Positions 40,873-56,209 of a DNA stretch of 64,000 nt are shown here, piece after piece. Each line of letters begins with the position of its first letter. The stretch's first letter is position 1. A model generated the notes under the pieces. The model saw only the letters and a program-made list of their open reading frames with translations, had not been told where the DNA came from and ran no database searches. The translations under genes and the position numbers were made by a program. Source of the DNA: Eledone cirrhosa (Eukaryota); the NCBI GenBank assembly GCA_964016885.1, contig OZ024740.1:91636001-91700000 (forward strand). The letters are read 5' to 3'.

Positions 40873-42337
40873 GTTTCAATATAATGCCTTGTCGGTTTGA
40901 CTACGTATTCTGCGTACAGTCTGCTTGCTTGTCCCTTTTTCAGCTTATATAATTACGGTCTCAATAATTGCATTCGTCAGTATATGTTTGGCTACATTTT
41001 AATTTCGCAATTCGATATATTTTAAAGAGATTTTCCAATTATTTGTACTTCAGTCGAATCGTTTCGTTTAGTTGTATGTATGTGTGTGTAGACAACTTAA
41101 AATTTAACAGTAGGGTAGGCTATTTTTACTCCTCGGAGTTTATGGATGATAATTTGTCTTGCATTTGAATAGCAGTTTTGATTATATTCTGAGATTTTAT
41201 AACGCATTTCAGTGAGTCGATACCCCTCTCCAAATGATTCGGTTTGATTCCTGACCAAAACCAACCGAATTCATGGGTATTGTTCAACTATTTTGCTGAG
41301 TGTCTGTCTACACCTAGATTTTCAGCAACCTCGTTTTGCCCATAATATATATAGAGAGAGAGAGGGAGAGGGAGAGAGAGGGAAAGAGAGGGAGATAAAG
41401 AGAAATAATATATTATTTTTCGCATTATACTCCACACTATCATTGCTATTCGAATCATTCTCAAATATTTTTAGCGCAAATAGTATAATTTGGATCGTTT
41501 TCTCTAGAATATTGATGATTGATTAAAATAGAAAATACAGCACCAGATATAAGGCCACCCTTCATTTAATTACATCTCCATACGCTATGATTCAATTTGC
41601 TCCCAGTCATATTACAACAAGTATCAATCATCTAATAATTAGTTATGTCTAATCGATTTTCAGCTATACGTAAGAATGTTGTGCTAAATTTAGGAGCAAG
41701 TCATCTATCTTCAACATTCCCATCAAAATCAAGCAATTGTATACCTTGATATACATAAGTGAATGTATGCATATATTAATCGTCTTTCTTCTATGTTTCA
41801 GTTTATTAAACTACGGCTGGAATTTAGTATAGAAGCAAATCGTATCTAGGAAGTGTTCATATGTTAATATTTTAAGTAACAATGATAAAAGAAATCTAAA
41901 TTACACCAATACGTCCGATCATAGACGTTTATGACGTTGCTGATTCTAAAATAATAATCGAAGTAGAGGATTACGTTAGTTAATATGGTATTTTATGATA
42001 TATTTTGATGTTGATGTTGATTTCTCTTTACAAAACCTTTGTCTAAAATATAGTTAATATTCAGGAATGTCGTGCATCCACAAAGTAGAATCTAAACGTT
42101 AAATGGCAGAGCAATTGTTAACTCCTGTTTGTTTTATTCTGAAGCGCTATATATCTGCACAGGTAATCATAGTTTTTATAAAATTAAGACTCACTCAGTT
42201 GATCAATGTGAAATATAAAACAAAAATGTAACAGCAATTATATAACTGTACCTTACACAGCAAAATCATCAAGGGTTATTCGAAGATTCTCTTAAATTGT
42301 GACCATAGCTTGGGATGGCATATATATGTCTAATAAT

Positions 42338-42525
42338 TGTTTCTACTTTTGGCAAAAGGCCAGCAAATTACCCAGTGCCTTACTGGTACTTTATTTTATC
42401 GACCCCGTAAGGATGAAAGGCAAAGTTAACCTCGGCGAGATTTGAACTCAGATTGGAAAGGGCTGTAACTCTATGCATCAAAGCATGGCGTCCGACCCTC
42501 TACCGATACTGCCAATCCACCACCC
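42338..42525 (-). mobile_element. SINE S1 full copy with ~15-bp TSD
   Basis: TATATG(T/C)CTAATAAT on both flanks. A and B boxes are present. Confidence 0.85.
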
Positions 42526-42738
42526 TATATGCCTAATAATGTATTGTGATGGCATGCATATACGTAATAACGTTTAAGAACATGTCTCATCATGTCTTAT
42601 TCTTACTTGGAGTGAGTTTTTTGCTCGGTCATCTTTAATAGAAGATTACTCTACTTTTTAATTGTATCTATCTGGCGGAAAATATTTAATGAATCATATT
42701 TAGTGTGTCAGAAGAGGATTAACTAGCATAATATTAAT

Positions 42739-42921
42739 TGTTTCTACTTTTGGCACAATGCTTGCAATTACCCAATACATTCCTTCCACTTTATTTTATC
42801 GACCCCGTAAGGATGAAAAGTAAAGTTAACCTTGGGGGGATTTGAACTCAGAATGGAAAGGGCCGTAACTTTATGCGTCAAAGCATGACGTCTGACCCTC
42901 TACCGATACTGCCAATCCCCC
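42739..42921 (-). mobile_element. SINE S1 copy with ~18-bp TSD
   Basis: AACTAGCATAATA(T/A)TAAT on both flanks. Confidence 0.85.
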
Positions 42922-45900
42922 AACTAGCATAATAATAATGATAAGTGATAAATGCTTCAGTACGATAATTGATAAATGCTTAAGTACGAATATATATGTG
43001 TGGTATACATATTTGACAGTAATGCTTGGCGTTATAAATGATAATCTTTAGAGGTATACAGATTATTCCACAGTGAAATAAATATCCTGTGCAAAAATGA
43101 GAGCGGGAGTATTCCTGGTGGTAATACCGTTCATTGGACTGCAGAATAATACACATAATATTTAAAACTCTATAATTGATTTCGTTTCTTCCACCTGATG
43201 TTAAGTGGGTTTGTGTCGGTTTTAAAACAACATATATTTACATTTGTTTTTTGTAGATGTGAATTTTCTTGTTTGCATATTCTTGTTTGATTATTCTTGC
43301 TTCAACATCTGCCCAGCTTACTCTTGGGTTCAGTCTGTTTCACTTATACAATTATGTGAGTGTGCTGACACAGCTCTAGTGGATATAACAATTGAATAAT
43401 TTGATCTAGTGAAATATATTTCATAAAAATGTAGATATTGAGAGAAAATATTGTTATTTTTCTTTATAATTTATACCGTATTTGGGGGATTTTATTTATC
43501 AGGATTTCTAATCAATAGATACTTTGCAAATAATGTATATAACCTGTGTATTTTCTTTTTCAAATGAGCTGCTCTTTTGTTTGCAGTTCCTTGATTAACT
43601 TTAGAGTAACATCTATAAACATGTCAATGTCGTTGGCGGATGTTTTACTTTTAACCTAGAATGATTGAAATATTTACTAAAAATGTATATTTGCTATTTA
43701 TTTGCTTCTTGCTATCTCTGGAATCTTATGTCAATTCTTTATGAATTTATCTTTTTCAGTATATATGGAAGATATACAAACATTTTGTTATGTTGTGATT
43801 CCAATTTCCAACCCAAGTATAACTGTTAGACTTGGGCTTAATATGTAGTGAATATTGTTTTGAAATGATCTATTTCTTAACTTATTATTCATATTATCGA
43901 TTTCATGAAAGCATATATTCGCAGATATCGACTCACCTCTACGAAGAGATAATAACTTAAGAGATATGTTCCTTTCGAAAATGTTAAAATGGTAATGATG
44001 GAATGTTATTGAATACAAAGCCGACATGTTTTGCTATAATATTATAGAATATTTCGATATTGTGGGGTTGGCACACCCATGAGGCTCTCGGAGAATGTTT
44101 GCATTGGTGTATTTTCCCTGGAACTTTACACTATATGATAATGAAAATAATTGTGTACAGTACTCAGATGCACTAATACCAACCAAAGGTGCATGCGTAT
44201 TATATAGAATAATGTACAAATGTCAGAAAGTGGAACAGTGTATGATTTCAAATGCCACCAATGTCAATTTCCCTATTAACATTCTGAAATTGATAATGTA
44301 ACATTCAAATATTCGGTTTGAGTTAATCCATATTTCCATGCCCGAATGTAGTGATTCCGTGCCTAATACATAATTCAGTACTGCATTTATGGTCATGTAA
44401 TTAAACAAACTCATTTCGTTTTAAAAAATATGGTTGATTAATGTACATTATTCATTGGGGGCTATTGATCTTTGCCAGATATGCAGATGACACATATCTA
44501 TATCCTTTTGGGATTGTTTATTTCTTGAGTTATAATTATCAGTAAGAAATATTGTGAAGATCGACAGCATCATTAGAACGTAGAATATAGGCTTAGCAAT
44601 GGTGTAACTGCTTATTAAGTTATTAGTTTAAATCACGAGTTTAACGATTTGGATTTTTAAAAACATCCAATAAAAACGTCGGTAGATATAAGCAATTTTC
44701 CCCTCCATTCAAATTGCTGGCATTTTTCCTAAATTGAAACCATTTGTATTGCTGGAGAGAATCTTATATAAATTCATGTGTGTCCTGTTAACATTTTATT
44801 ACTTTCGTTCATGTACTTATTTCTATACCTATTATAATTGCTATATTAGTCATAAATGTTTCTTATATTAATGTGAAAATAAAAATACCAAAAATAGAAA
44901 TCAGAGTTTATTACGAAGATTAAGTTTTTAATTCGGTGTGTTAGGTCAGAAATAACATTGATAAAAATTGCTTTTACTTGTTGTCTCTGGCGCTCCTTTT
45001 GGCATGAAAGGGTTAATAATTTCAGGTCAGTAAACTGTATAATTTGCAGAGGGACTGATACATATTCCCGGATCATGAGTGGAACTTGCAATTCTTGCAT
45101 CAGAATCGGGGGAAACTGGGGTATCTGTATGTGCATGCAGTGGAGCGTGTAATACGAGGCGTTAATAGATTAAATGTTATAATTCATCAAGGAGTATTTA
45201 ACTGGTGCTGATATATTTATTCGCACAACGGTATGATTTGATTTACATGCTACGACCTTTTTGATACATCTTTGAAGTGTATATCCAATATATTCAACAG
45301 TTGTTTCAACTTTCTATATAAAGTATTTCCCATCAGTAAGTTATATATTATCTTAACAAAATAACACCTAAGCACCTCTGGTTTGCATTTGAAATCAAAC
45401 CCACAAAATATTCATTCACATATACATTCCTGGTACACTTACTTCTACATTCTTCCTTAATAACCACTACGGCTTCTTTCTCCAAATATTTCAAGATAAT
45501 TCTCGTTTATATGGACGCATTAGCAGTGTAATTTCTAATTGTTTCAAATAAACCGTTTTATAGCTAGAGCAACTTTTCTTAAAACATTTAAATACATTTC
45601 CCTCTATGGATATGTATTGAAATATTTGTGTGATCACATGCCCCCCTGCACAAGAACATTGCCACGCCCCGTATATGATATAATATGCCAATCATATGTT
45701 TTCAAAACGCCTCATAATTCAATTTTTTCAGTGAATTTAATCTGTCTTCTCTATAGTCAGATCTAGTGTGATATAAATGTAGATATTATATACCCGTTTT
45801 GGTTCAGTTGCTTAGTGTTTACCACAATGCACTAAAACATGGGATCAGAAAATGTTTTCATCTTTTCAGTTTATATCTGAGTTTAGTTGTTATATATGTA

Positions 45901-48489
45901 ATTATAGATATATTTGGATATATCTACACCCTTTGTTAATATTGCTAACGAGTAGTTGTTTATTTAAAGACAAACAGTTTGTGAAATGTGATAATTATCA
46001 AAATAGCACACGATATTATATTTATTTTATTTGTTTCCAGTTAAAGTATCATAATAAATAGTGTTGTTTTCGTATTGTAAATTAGTCCGTGGATTTAAAA
46101 TGTATCCCATGTCTTGGCAAGTCGGCAACCCCTTTTTGTATATGACAATTATATTAAAATATTAATGCACCTCGTAAAAATATTGAGAGAAGAAAATAAA
46201 GAGAATGTTTATATGTACTACATTGTAACTATGACAATATTTCACATCTTGTGATCTGCGAGAACAGATAACCTTGCACAACTCATGCTTGTAAGCCTTC
46301 AAACTGTGACGAGATATTTTCCGTCATTTCCTGCCTTGTAATCAATATTAAAGTCTTGAATTTCTCGATTGCTCATGTTTGCTTACTTAAATACAAAATA
46401 ATTCCACCAGCAAAACAATCAATCGTCGTCTTGAACCGGATGAAGTATAAACGTTTTTGCATTTCATGTGTTACACTGGATTGATTATAAAGCATATATC
46501 GCTCAAACTAAATTTCAGATTCATATACCATGCATTAATTTCCTATATGTAATAAATTACATCTGAGAATATATTCCTATTATTACAAATATCAAAATAT
46601 ATGAGGAGCATTGTTTCGTGGTTCTTATTTTACTTTATGATGGAGGAAAACATAATCTCTAAACAATCCTTTATCCTGTACATTTATTCCAATTCCACTT
46701 GATAGTGTTATGTATACAGTATTTATATAGGAATATGCAATTTTCAGTTACAAATATGTATACCGACCAAATCATGATACCTAAAATTGAATGATCGAAA
46801 CCAAGCTTGGGAATGATTTAGCGGCTTTGCTTTGAAGCTTCAGTCTGGTTTAGATTTCCACTGATACATCATTCGTTTTTAAGCATGAGGCCTATACATA
46901 TATGCCAATTTTACCCAAATATTCTACGTTACCTATTTCCTTAAGTTCATTATATCCTTCGTATGCAAATTCAAAGTCTTGTTTATTTGTTGCAATGCTA
47001 CTGACGTCGTCGAGTTCATTTGTTTTCATGTAACATACATAATTATTTACCAGTTATTTTGAAAAACGAACATTGAAATCTAAAACGAGTTCACGAATTA
47101 ATGTGTTAATTATTGAAATAATATGCACAGAGAATCTATTTATAACCAAATATAAATTATTTTTCGGAGAAAATTAATGAAGCAGAATGTTAAATGTACA
47201 AATGGATGTATTAATAGTATTCTATTTATCATTACTTTACTTGGCAAAACGTAATTTGCTTCCTCAATTAAATCAGAAGCTTAGTGTTTGTTAATAAACG
47301 ACAAGATTCTGTGTCATCAGTTTTGCTATGACTTCACAAATAATGTATCAAATTTAGATATAAATCATTGAAAATGCTAATGTACTGCTGTAATGTCTAA
47401 CAGTAGATAGAGGTCATCTACATCAAAACCTAATGTATTGTCTGCACTACATCTGCATAATTACATTTCTCCCTTCTACAATTACATATAGATTTTAAAT
47501 GTATATGAGTTGATTAAAATTGAAGAAAAGAGGATTATTACATACACAGAAAAAAATTAGTTTTCGAATTAGGTGTAGAAACATTGACAAGTAAATTCAA
47601 TTACTAAATAATATGCTTATGAATATAGTTAACAATAAATGCCACGTGTTACCACATAATTCAAATAGAAATATCCATTTCAATATTATTAGAATTGTGT
47701 ATCAGTATTTATAGTATAAACATAAACACATCTGTGTAGGTCGTTCAATACTGTTCATCGAGAAGAGGTTTTATATTTAATCAAATGGTAAATACAATTA
47801 CGTTTACAAGAAACCTAATTATTTTGCTTACATTATGATGGTATACTCAACACAATTTCGGTAGATATTTAGGTGAGATGCTTGTTAGATTCCGACTAAT
47901 ACAGGAAAAAACTGATCTGTTATGTCTTTCAGGCAAGCAAAATATCGTCATCGCTTACCACATATGTTTTCCTCAAGAGTTACAATTTAGCACGCTATTA
48001 TTCGAAACGTCTTAGCTACCATTACGAATTCAAATTGTTTTCTAAAAGAATAATGTCAAACACGAAGAGGTTATGCCAAATATATCATAGAGGACAAACA
48101 ACAGATTAGAAATGCTCTAAAGGCAGAAACCCTTCGTGTGTGTGACATTTGTTATAAATGGTTACCCATAATAGTGGAACACGTTGCAGCTCTATTCGTC
48201 CAAATGCCTAATGACACGCAAACAAAAGAGGTTCACGCTCACAAACCGTCAAAGAAGCATATACTTCCCTATACAAGTATCTATTTATCTCTATATCCAT
48301 TTTAATATAAGGTTGTTACATATAACATATATACAAACCTTTCGATAGTAAGTTGTAAGGTGTGTATATATAGTAACATGCTTATATGAAGATGGATAAA
48401 TATAAATATATAATTAAATAAATATGTATATAAGTATGAAGATAGATAAATATGAACATATAATTAAATAAATATATATATAAGTATGT

Positions 48490-48522
48490 ATATCGGACTG
48501 TTCGGCGTAATTCGGGCTGTTT

Positions 48523-48589
<67 letters not shown>

Positions 48590-48971
48590 CTACTGTGCGT
48601 CTGTACACATATATGTATGTGCGTATACATACTTATATTTAGGTATAAGCCGTACTAAGAATGAGAAATGTAATTTCGTTTCATTCTTTTCCATTTATCG
48701 TTTTCGGTATGCCCGGCCGACTAACACACTCGATATGTAAATTAGGCTGCTCAGCCGTTAATATGCATAAGGAAAGTATATACTCTCAGACGTTCAATCA
48801 TATGACAGAAAGGTATACGATGCTGATGATAGCTAATAAGCTTGAAAGTAGTACATCGTTCCTATGTCAGTGTTGAACAAAAGGGCGACGTTGGTTGCCG
48901 AATACTGCACGGCGCAATTCGGGCTGTTTTTTACAAACAAACCGAAAATGATAATAAATGTTCGGTAAACC

Positions 48972-49051
<80 letters not shown>

Positions 49052-49186
49052 CATGTATATATATATATATAGAGAGAGAGATACTACTGTGCGTCTGTAC
49101 ACATATATGTATGTACGTATACATACATATATTTAGGTATCAGCCGTACTAAGAGTAAGAAATGAAATTTCGTTTCATTATTTTCC
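48490..49186 (+). repeat. Family A tandem (~1.4 units) with HHR at 48817-48859
   Basis: ACGATG-CTGATGA-TAGCTAATAAGCTT-GAAA-GTAG-TA-CATCGT, with a stem III C-to-G mutation. Confidence 0.85.
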
Positions 49187-49283
<97 letters not shown>

Positions 49284-49329
49284 TGTGTGTGTGTGTGTAT
49301 GTGTGTATGTAACAGTTCTATTTAAATTG

Positions 49330-51800
49330 TTGGGATACAACTTCAAAGGCCAGGATTACTTAAGAAATATTAAAAATAATATTGAAAACTTGTAGAAAAA
49401 GGAGAAAATTCTAGTCAAGTCTGACAAAACCTATAATCTTTACGGAATACAAAATGACATTTATAACGATCTTATATTAAAGGAATTAAGGAAGAAATAC
49501 AAAGTAACAAATAATGACGACCTTGAAAAATTGAATACAGGTGCCTCTTATATAATGCATGAACTAGGCATTGAAAATAAGACACAACCCTTCATGCCAA
49601 GGAAACCTAAAATTAATATGAAGGATCATAAAAGGAACTTTGAAACTGATTTATCAGTCAGATTAATTGCACCATCTAAATCGGACCTTGGCAGACTTAG
49701 CAAGAATATGTTAGACAGAATAATACCACAAATTAAGAAATTATCTTATTTAAAATTATGGAAAGGAACTAGTGAAGTTATCGATTGGTTTAAGGAAATT
49801 AAATATAACTATAATAATAAGTTTATTCACTTGGATATTGCTAATTATTACTCATCTATCACTCCTAATCTACTTAATAAAGCACTAACTTACGTATTTA
49901 AACATACAGACTTAACTAGTAATCAAATGCACACTATATTATCGGCACAGAAAACAATTTTAGAATTTAACAACCAACTCTGGACTAGAGCAGATAGAGA
50001 TAATAACTTTGATATAATTATGGGATCATCCGATTTCGCTCAGGTAACGGATCTTGTGGGCCTCTTTATAAATAATTCTCTACATAGGAAAATACCTGAG
50101 ATAACCGGAGGTTTATATCGTGCAGACATGCTTTTACTTATAGAAAATTATAACTGCGAACTAAATAGGAAAAGAAAACAAATTATACAATTTTTTAAAT
50201 ACCTTAATCTAAAAGTAGAAATAGAGAATAGTTAACTTTCTAGATCTAACACTAAACCTTAACACATGTCTTCATTATCCATTTCACCAACTAAACGAGA
50301 ACTTAAACTACGTTAATTTTAACTCTAATCACCCCAGATCCGTTAAAAATACTATAGTGAACTCTGTACAGCAACGGATTTCAAGAATTTCAGCTAACAA
50401 GAATATATTTGATGAAAGAGCACATTATTACAACGAAGCGTTAGGTAGAACTGGGTATAGAAATAAGATTAAATACATTGATAATAATAATATAACAAAT
50501 AACCATAATCTTAACAATTTTAACTATTTTAACAATATTAACAACTATAATAGAAAACCTTACCATAAATCGGAAAACAAAAAAAGAAATAGAACTAGGA
50601 ATATGTTATGTTTCGCTCCTCCTTTCTCATTAAATATTAAAACCCTTATTGCTAAACTATTTTTTAAAGCTCTTGACAAATGCTTCCCTAGAACAGATAC
50701 ATATTACTCAATTTTTAATAGACATACTATAAAATTAACTTGTTTATCCACCAAAATGTTAGCGCACATTATTAATAGAATTAATAAAAGAAATTTAAAA
50801 CCTAACCAAAATGCCACTAATAACCCAAGCAATATCCAATTTGATAAATGTAACTGTAGAAATAAATCTAACTGTCCGTTAAATAACAATTGCTTAGCTA
50901 AAAATATAGTATATAATTGTAATGTAAAAAATAATTTAAATTCATTTAATTATGCGGGATCCACTTCCACAGAGTTTAAATCCGGTTTCAATAATCATAA
51001 ACATTATTTTACAAATCCAAACAAAAAATCTTCAACTTCTCTATATAGCTTATTATGGGACCTCAAATTAAAGAACGTTAAATATTCGTTGCTTTGGAAT
51101 ATTATTTCGAAAGCTACTCCTTTTAATTGCTCTTCTGAAAAGTGTGATCTTTGTATAGAGGAAATATTCTTTATATTAAAGACCAAAATTCCCTGAACCT
51201 AAGGAACAATGTATCCAGTTGCTGCAGACATAGATTGAACTCAACGTTTAAATATAAATTTAAAATGTAATATATAATTAATTAATTAATATATAAATAA
51301 TTAATTCTATTAATATATTGAACCTATCGATAAATCATTCGATTCCTTCATTTTGACTGCTTAAAGTAAAAAACTTTCCTTCCTAAATATAAATAAATAT
51401 AAACAACTCTTCAAGAGAAATATACTGAAACCTCTTAAGAGGGGAAAATATTATTTGATAGTTTCTCCTATTTTTGAAAGTTCCTCTTTTGAATGTTTCA
51501 CTTTTTTTATGGATATAAAATTAAGTTAAATATACGAAGGATATTTTTATACTAAATCTATTAAACATATTATTGTATTATAATATTATTATTATTTTAA
51601 TATTATAATTTAAAAAATTTTAAGTTATAGTTTTAAAATTATAACTTGAAATATTCTATGATATTTTTAAAATTATATTGATTTACTGTTGTATTGCTTA
51701 TAATTATATTTCCAAATCGTAATATAATTTTGTTTTAAATTTATTTATTTTATATTTTATTTTATTTTATTTTATTTTATATTATATATATTATATACTC
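49330..51800 (+). mobile_element. Decayed AT-rich Penelope-like element (same RT type as 14030-17283)
   Basis: KSDKTYNLY, MKDHK..VRLIAPSKSDLGRLSK, LDIANYY, MGSSDFAQV, GLYRADM (catalytic site mutated), CNCRNKSNCPLNNNC..NIVYNC..YAGST..FKSGFNNH, CDLCIEE. The 3' boundary is approximate. Confidence 0.92.
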
Positions 51801-51843
51801 CAATTATACTATGTCCTGTATTTATGTATCTATCTCTCTATAC

Positions 51844-51917
<74 letters not shown>

Positions 51918-52824
51918 GCATGTATATATATTTATGTGTGTGTATGTATGTGTATATATATATGTGAAATACATATCTACATATATGTGTAGGTACGTCT
52001 ATGTGTATATATATGGGAATTGTGTATATATATGTGTATATGCATACAATTCGATTGCACCCGTTTATAAATATTCTCTTAAGATTCGTGATAAATAAAC
52101 CTATATAATAACAGTCACAACTACATAACAGGTATATATTAGATATAAAACTTATATATAACATTTAAAAAAAATTGTATAATAATATAAAGTGTGCATA
52201 ACATAAAATGTCCTTTAATATCTTACAATTGTAACATTTATATAACTAAATAACGGAATTTCCTTCACGCTGCATTGATATTACATACAAATTATTTTCT
52301 CTGTTTTTTCTAAGATTTTCTATAAAAAATCTATAAGTTTATGAAAATTCCTATATTTTAAATTAAAAGATCCTTTATACTTTGTATTTATATATTATGT
52401 ACGTAGATATATATATGTATATGTATTTGTATATATATATATTTATATGTATATATATCTGTGTGTGCGTGTATATATATATGAATATATTCTTTTAATA
52501 ATATATAGATTTTTTAATAATATATAGTCTTAATAATAATATATAGATTTCTTAATATATAGATCTCAATTTTTGATATATAGATCTCAATAATTTAAAT
52601 GATAAACTAAATATTTAATCTTATTTAAACAATGGTTACAATTCTCATATTGTATATGTATCTTCCATTCACGCTTATTTACATTTCTCTATTCATCCAT
52701 AAAAAATAAATATTTATTTATTCTTTCACTTCATCTCAAATGTTAAGATAACTCAACAACCTATCACTTGGAGCTTTCACTCTCTCTTCTCATTCTCTTT
52801 TCTCTCTCTTTTTTTCTTTTTTCT

Positions 52825-55650
52825 CTCTCTTGTTCTTCTGGTCCACCCATTCCATCTTTCTGTGTGGGTTTTCTTGACCATTGAGGTAATGGTAGGTGGT
52901 CTGCCTCTTGCTTGTCTTGTAGGGCACAGGTTGCTAGGGTCATACTTATCTAGATAATCATTAATATAAGTATTTTAAAGTAGAAAGCCAAGCTCAGTGG
53001 TATCAATCCCACGGAATTCAACATTGCTCTCACTGATCATTTCTACCCATTTCTCCCCAGGAAAATCCAAGTCAATGGATGGATATTGGGACACAACATC
53101 CATACTACCTATTATACAGTCTGTTAGGTCCCTAGATCAGTTATTTTCGCTGATTCTGCTGAGGAGGTCCTCCGTGCTGTCACATATATCTGGGGATATT
53201 TCAATGATGGGGCGTAAGATCAGGGAGAGGAAGTAGAAAAGTATGTAGTTACTAGCAATGTTAGCTCCAAAGAGTGGCCGTGTCGGTGGTCCTGTGACAG
53301 GGTCACTGCTCGTCTTATTGTCTTTTCGAAGCCCATACAACGCTGGCACGTCATTATTCCAGGCCTGGAAGTTGTTGGCAGTCCTTTTATTGGGCTGCAT
53401 TATGTTTGTCCACATATTCATATGGGCATTGAGGGTCTTCTCCCTATCATCATGCTCTTGTAGTGTTACATCTCTTGTGTTAGTGAGGTGGAATTGCATT
53501 GCCTGGATGCATTTTTACAGACTGTTAACCGACATTCTGCCAGACTTGTCTGTTGGAAAGCATGCAATCTCTCCATTATGCGATCGCTGAATGAGCATAC
53601 GCAACCCATTTTCAGATGTTCTCCCAGTTGCTGGGCCTCCATTCTATTTTGCTTCTTTTTATACTGTTCTATAATATTTCTAAGATTAGATCTAGCTATA
53701 CTAAATTGTGTTTATGTTTGTTTATCGACCTGCGGCGGCAATTGCTTGCATTTGTAATAAGCTAACGTCGTGGCCTGGACCCGTCGTAGGTCGAAGGACA
53801 TATCGGAAGGATTATAACAAGTAGAATTCCAGGTTGCTGCTTTATGTGTACTATTGCTATTGTTATTGTTAGTTGTGTTGGTTCTATTTCTATTTCCACC
53901 AACAGCCTCAAGGTTGTTTCTATGTCTCTCATTATTACTCATGTCTCTTTCCCCTGGCTTATTCTTATTATCTACTCTATTTTGTGTTTCTGTGTTTTCA
54001 TCCTGGTTATTTTCTCTGTCAGTATCGATAGTGTCCCTGTCCTTTCAATCCCGAAAACCACAATGAACTAAAGAAAATGATTGCACATGCGGTGGGGGCC
54101 TGTATAAAACTAACACTTAAGGACATATGTTCAAATTTAATGGAAAGACACATGCACACGAGGAAGGAGCAGCCATTGGTGTTAGCATTGCAGGTGACAT
54201 GGCTAACCTATTCGTGTTATGGTGGGACAATAAACTTAAACTTAAACTTAAAGAACAATTAGAAGACAGCAACCTCTTAACCCTGATAATTAACTCCCGC
54301 TACGTTGATGATATAAACATCGTAGTAAACACACACCCACTAGAAAACAGTCAGGAATTAGGGAAAAGCACCATGGAAAGCATCAGCAAATAGCTAACTC
54401 CATCCACCAGAGTATTAGAGTTACTATAGACTACACCAGCAAACACCCCAAACTTGGTTGACATGTACTAAACAGAGAGCTCTGGTTAGAAACCATTAAT
54501 AACAAAAAACAAATCCTCCATTCCCATTATGCCAAACCCATGACTTCCAAATATCTGATCCACCACAATCAACATACTGATTGCGGATTTGGTACGGGTG
54601 ATGAGAAACGTGTCCCGCATATGCAACCCCAAAGAACTAGAGAGACGCATACAACAATTCCTCCACCGTATGCTGTTCTCTGGTTACAATCAGAGAGATA
54701 CAATCAGAGTATATAGATGAGCCAGAACCCAATGGGAAAAATGCTAGATAATGATACAAATGGGACCTGGCACTTGTATAGGAGCACATTTTGGAATAGA
54801 ATAGAAAGAAATAGGAATAAGGTTAATAGAATAAACTCATGGTATGATAGCAATACAACCCACGAGGTGAATTAGCTTACACATTTAGAAGGGCCCTAGA
54901 TAAACATAAACTTATTATTAACATAGTAGAAAGACCAGGTACCTCAATAAAAAACACTTATTAGCAATGCATAATCTGTAAACTAGGCCCCCATATTAAC
55001 TGTAAAACTAGAAATGTAGTATATAGCATAGGATGTAGGGAAGGACAATGAAAATATAAGCATATAGTGCACATAGGTGAGACAGCTAGTAGTATAGGAG
55101 AACGGTTAAATGAACACTGGCGAGAATCAAAATATAAAAAATAATAATCAATACCCCACCAACATGCTAAAATAGAACATAAGGTCAAATTAGAGAACAG
55201 AGAAATAAAACTAGAATCTATACACTGAAATGATGCGATGTTTAGACAAATCACAGAGGCAATAATCATAAATGAACTCCAACAAAAATTATATACAAAA
55301 CATGAATGGAATAGCAACATCACAACTTACGATTAAGGACAAAATGAAAAGACACACACACATAGAACAAATAACCAACCAGTAACATGTAAATTAACAA
55401 GTAAATAAACAAATAAAAACACACACAGATACCTGGATGTAACACATTCGTAAACTAAGCACATAACAAACACCATAACAAGTTGAATTAGGACAGAACA
55501 AAGGAGAAGCACAAAACGAAGAAAATAATCCCCAGTCACTGAAGAGGTCACATAATGAGTGACGAAAAAACTTTGACAATATATGAACAACCGTCCGTTT
55601 ATGGACCCAACCAACCAACCGGAAATTTATAAATTCTTAAATTTATCAAT
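52825..55650. mobile_element. Decayed Penelope-like element (RYVDD type, possibly Naiad-like) with inverted 5' half
   Basis: Minus strand 52825-54060: LYGLRKDNK..GPPTRP..STEDLL..GSMDVVSQYPSI. Plus strand 54060-55330: GAAIGVSIAGDMANLF, RYVDDI, CIIC..NCKTRNVVYSIGC..HIGET..IGERLNEH..RQITEA. Confidence 0.88.
55535..55577 (+). ncRNA. Decayed minimal hammerhead motif in PLE pLTR
   Basis: GTCA-CTGAAGA-G-GTCAC-ATAATGA-GTGAC-GAAA-AAAC-TT-TGAC. Stems I and II are intact and stem III is degenerate. Confidence 0.6.
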
Positions 55651-56209
55651 TTAATTTATAATAAATTGAAGTGAAAGTAGTTGGTGCGTGTGTTTCTCAT
55701 TGGCAACATGACTCTCCCAAAGCATAACAATATCGGTTTCAACACACGTTATCAGATAAAGAATCTTACTAAACAAATTCAGAAACGAAATATATATATA
55801 TACATATATATATACACATATAAATTGTGTTTGTGTTAGTGTTTGTGTGCGTAAGGGGTGTTTATTAATTAGTAGCAGAGGCTGTGATAAGGAAACCAAT
55901 GCTGTAATACAGAAGAAAAGACCACTCGACCTTACGTACCTACCAATGTGCATGAGTTATTGAGCTTGGAGTTAAAGTAATCAATAATAAAACACATGTG
56001 TAAATATATATCATCACTTTTTAATGAGGCAATAAACATCATATTTCTGTGGTGAAATGAATACGATAAGAAAACATGACGCAATGCATGAGACGCCGTC
56101 TTCAGATACACATTAAGCAATTCATATATAATCCATATGCAAAATACCACAACGTAGTGAGATTTATTTTATTTAATATTTTATCGCATATTTTATATCA
56201 TATATCAAC

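Noticed and set aside
43080-45500. Possible ancient LINE RT/RNase H remnant on the minus strand
   Set aside because: Only faint motif resemblance. It cannot be supported without a profile search.
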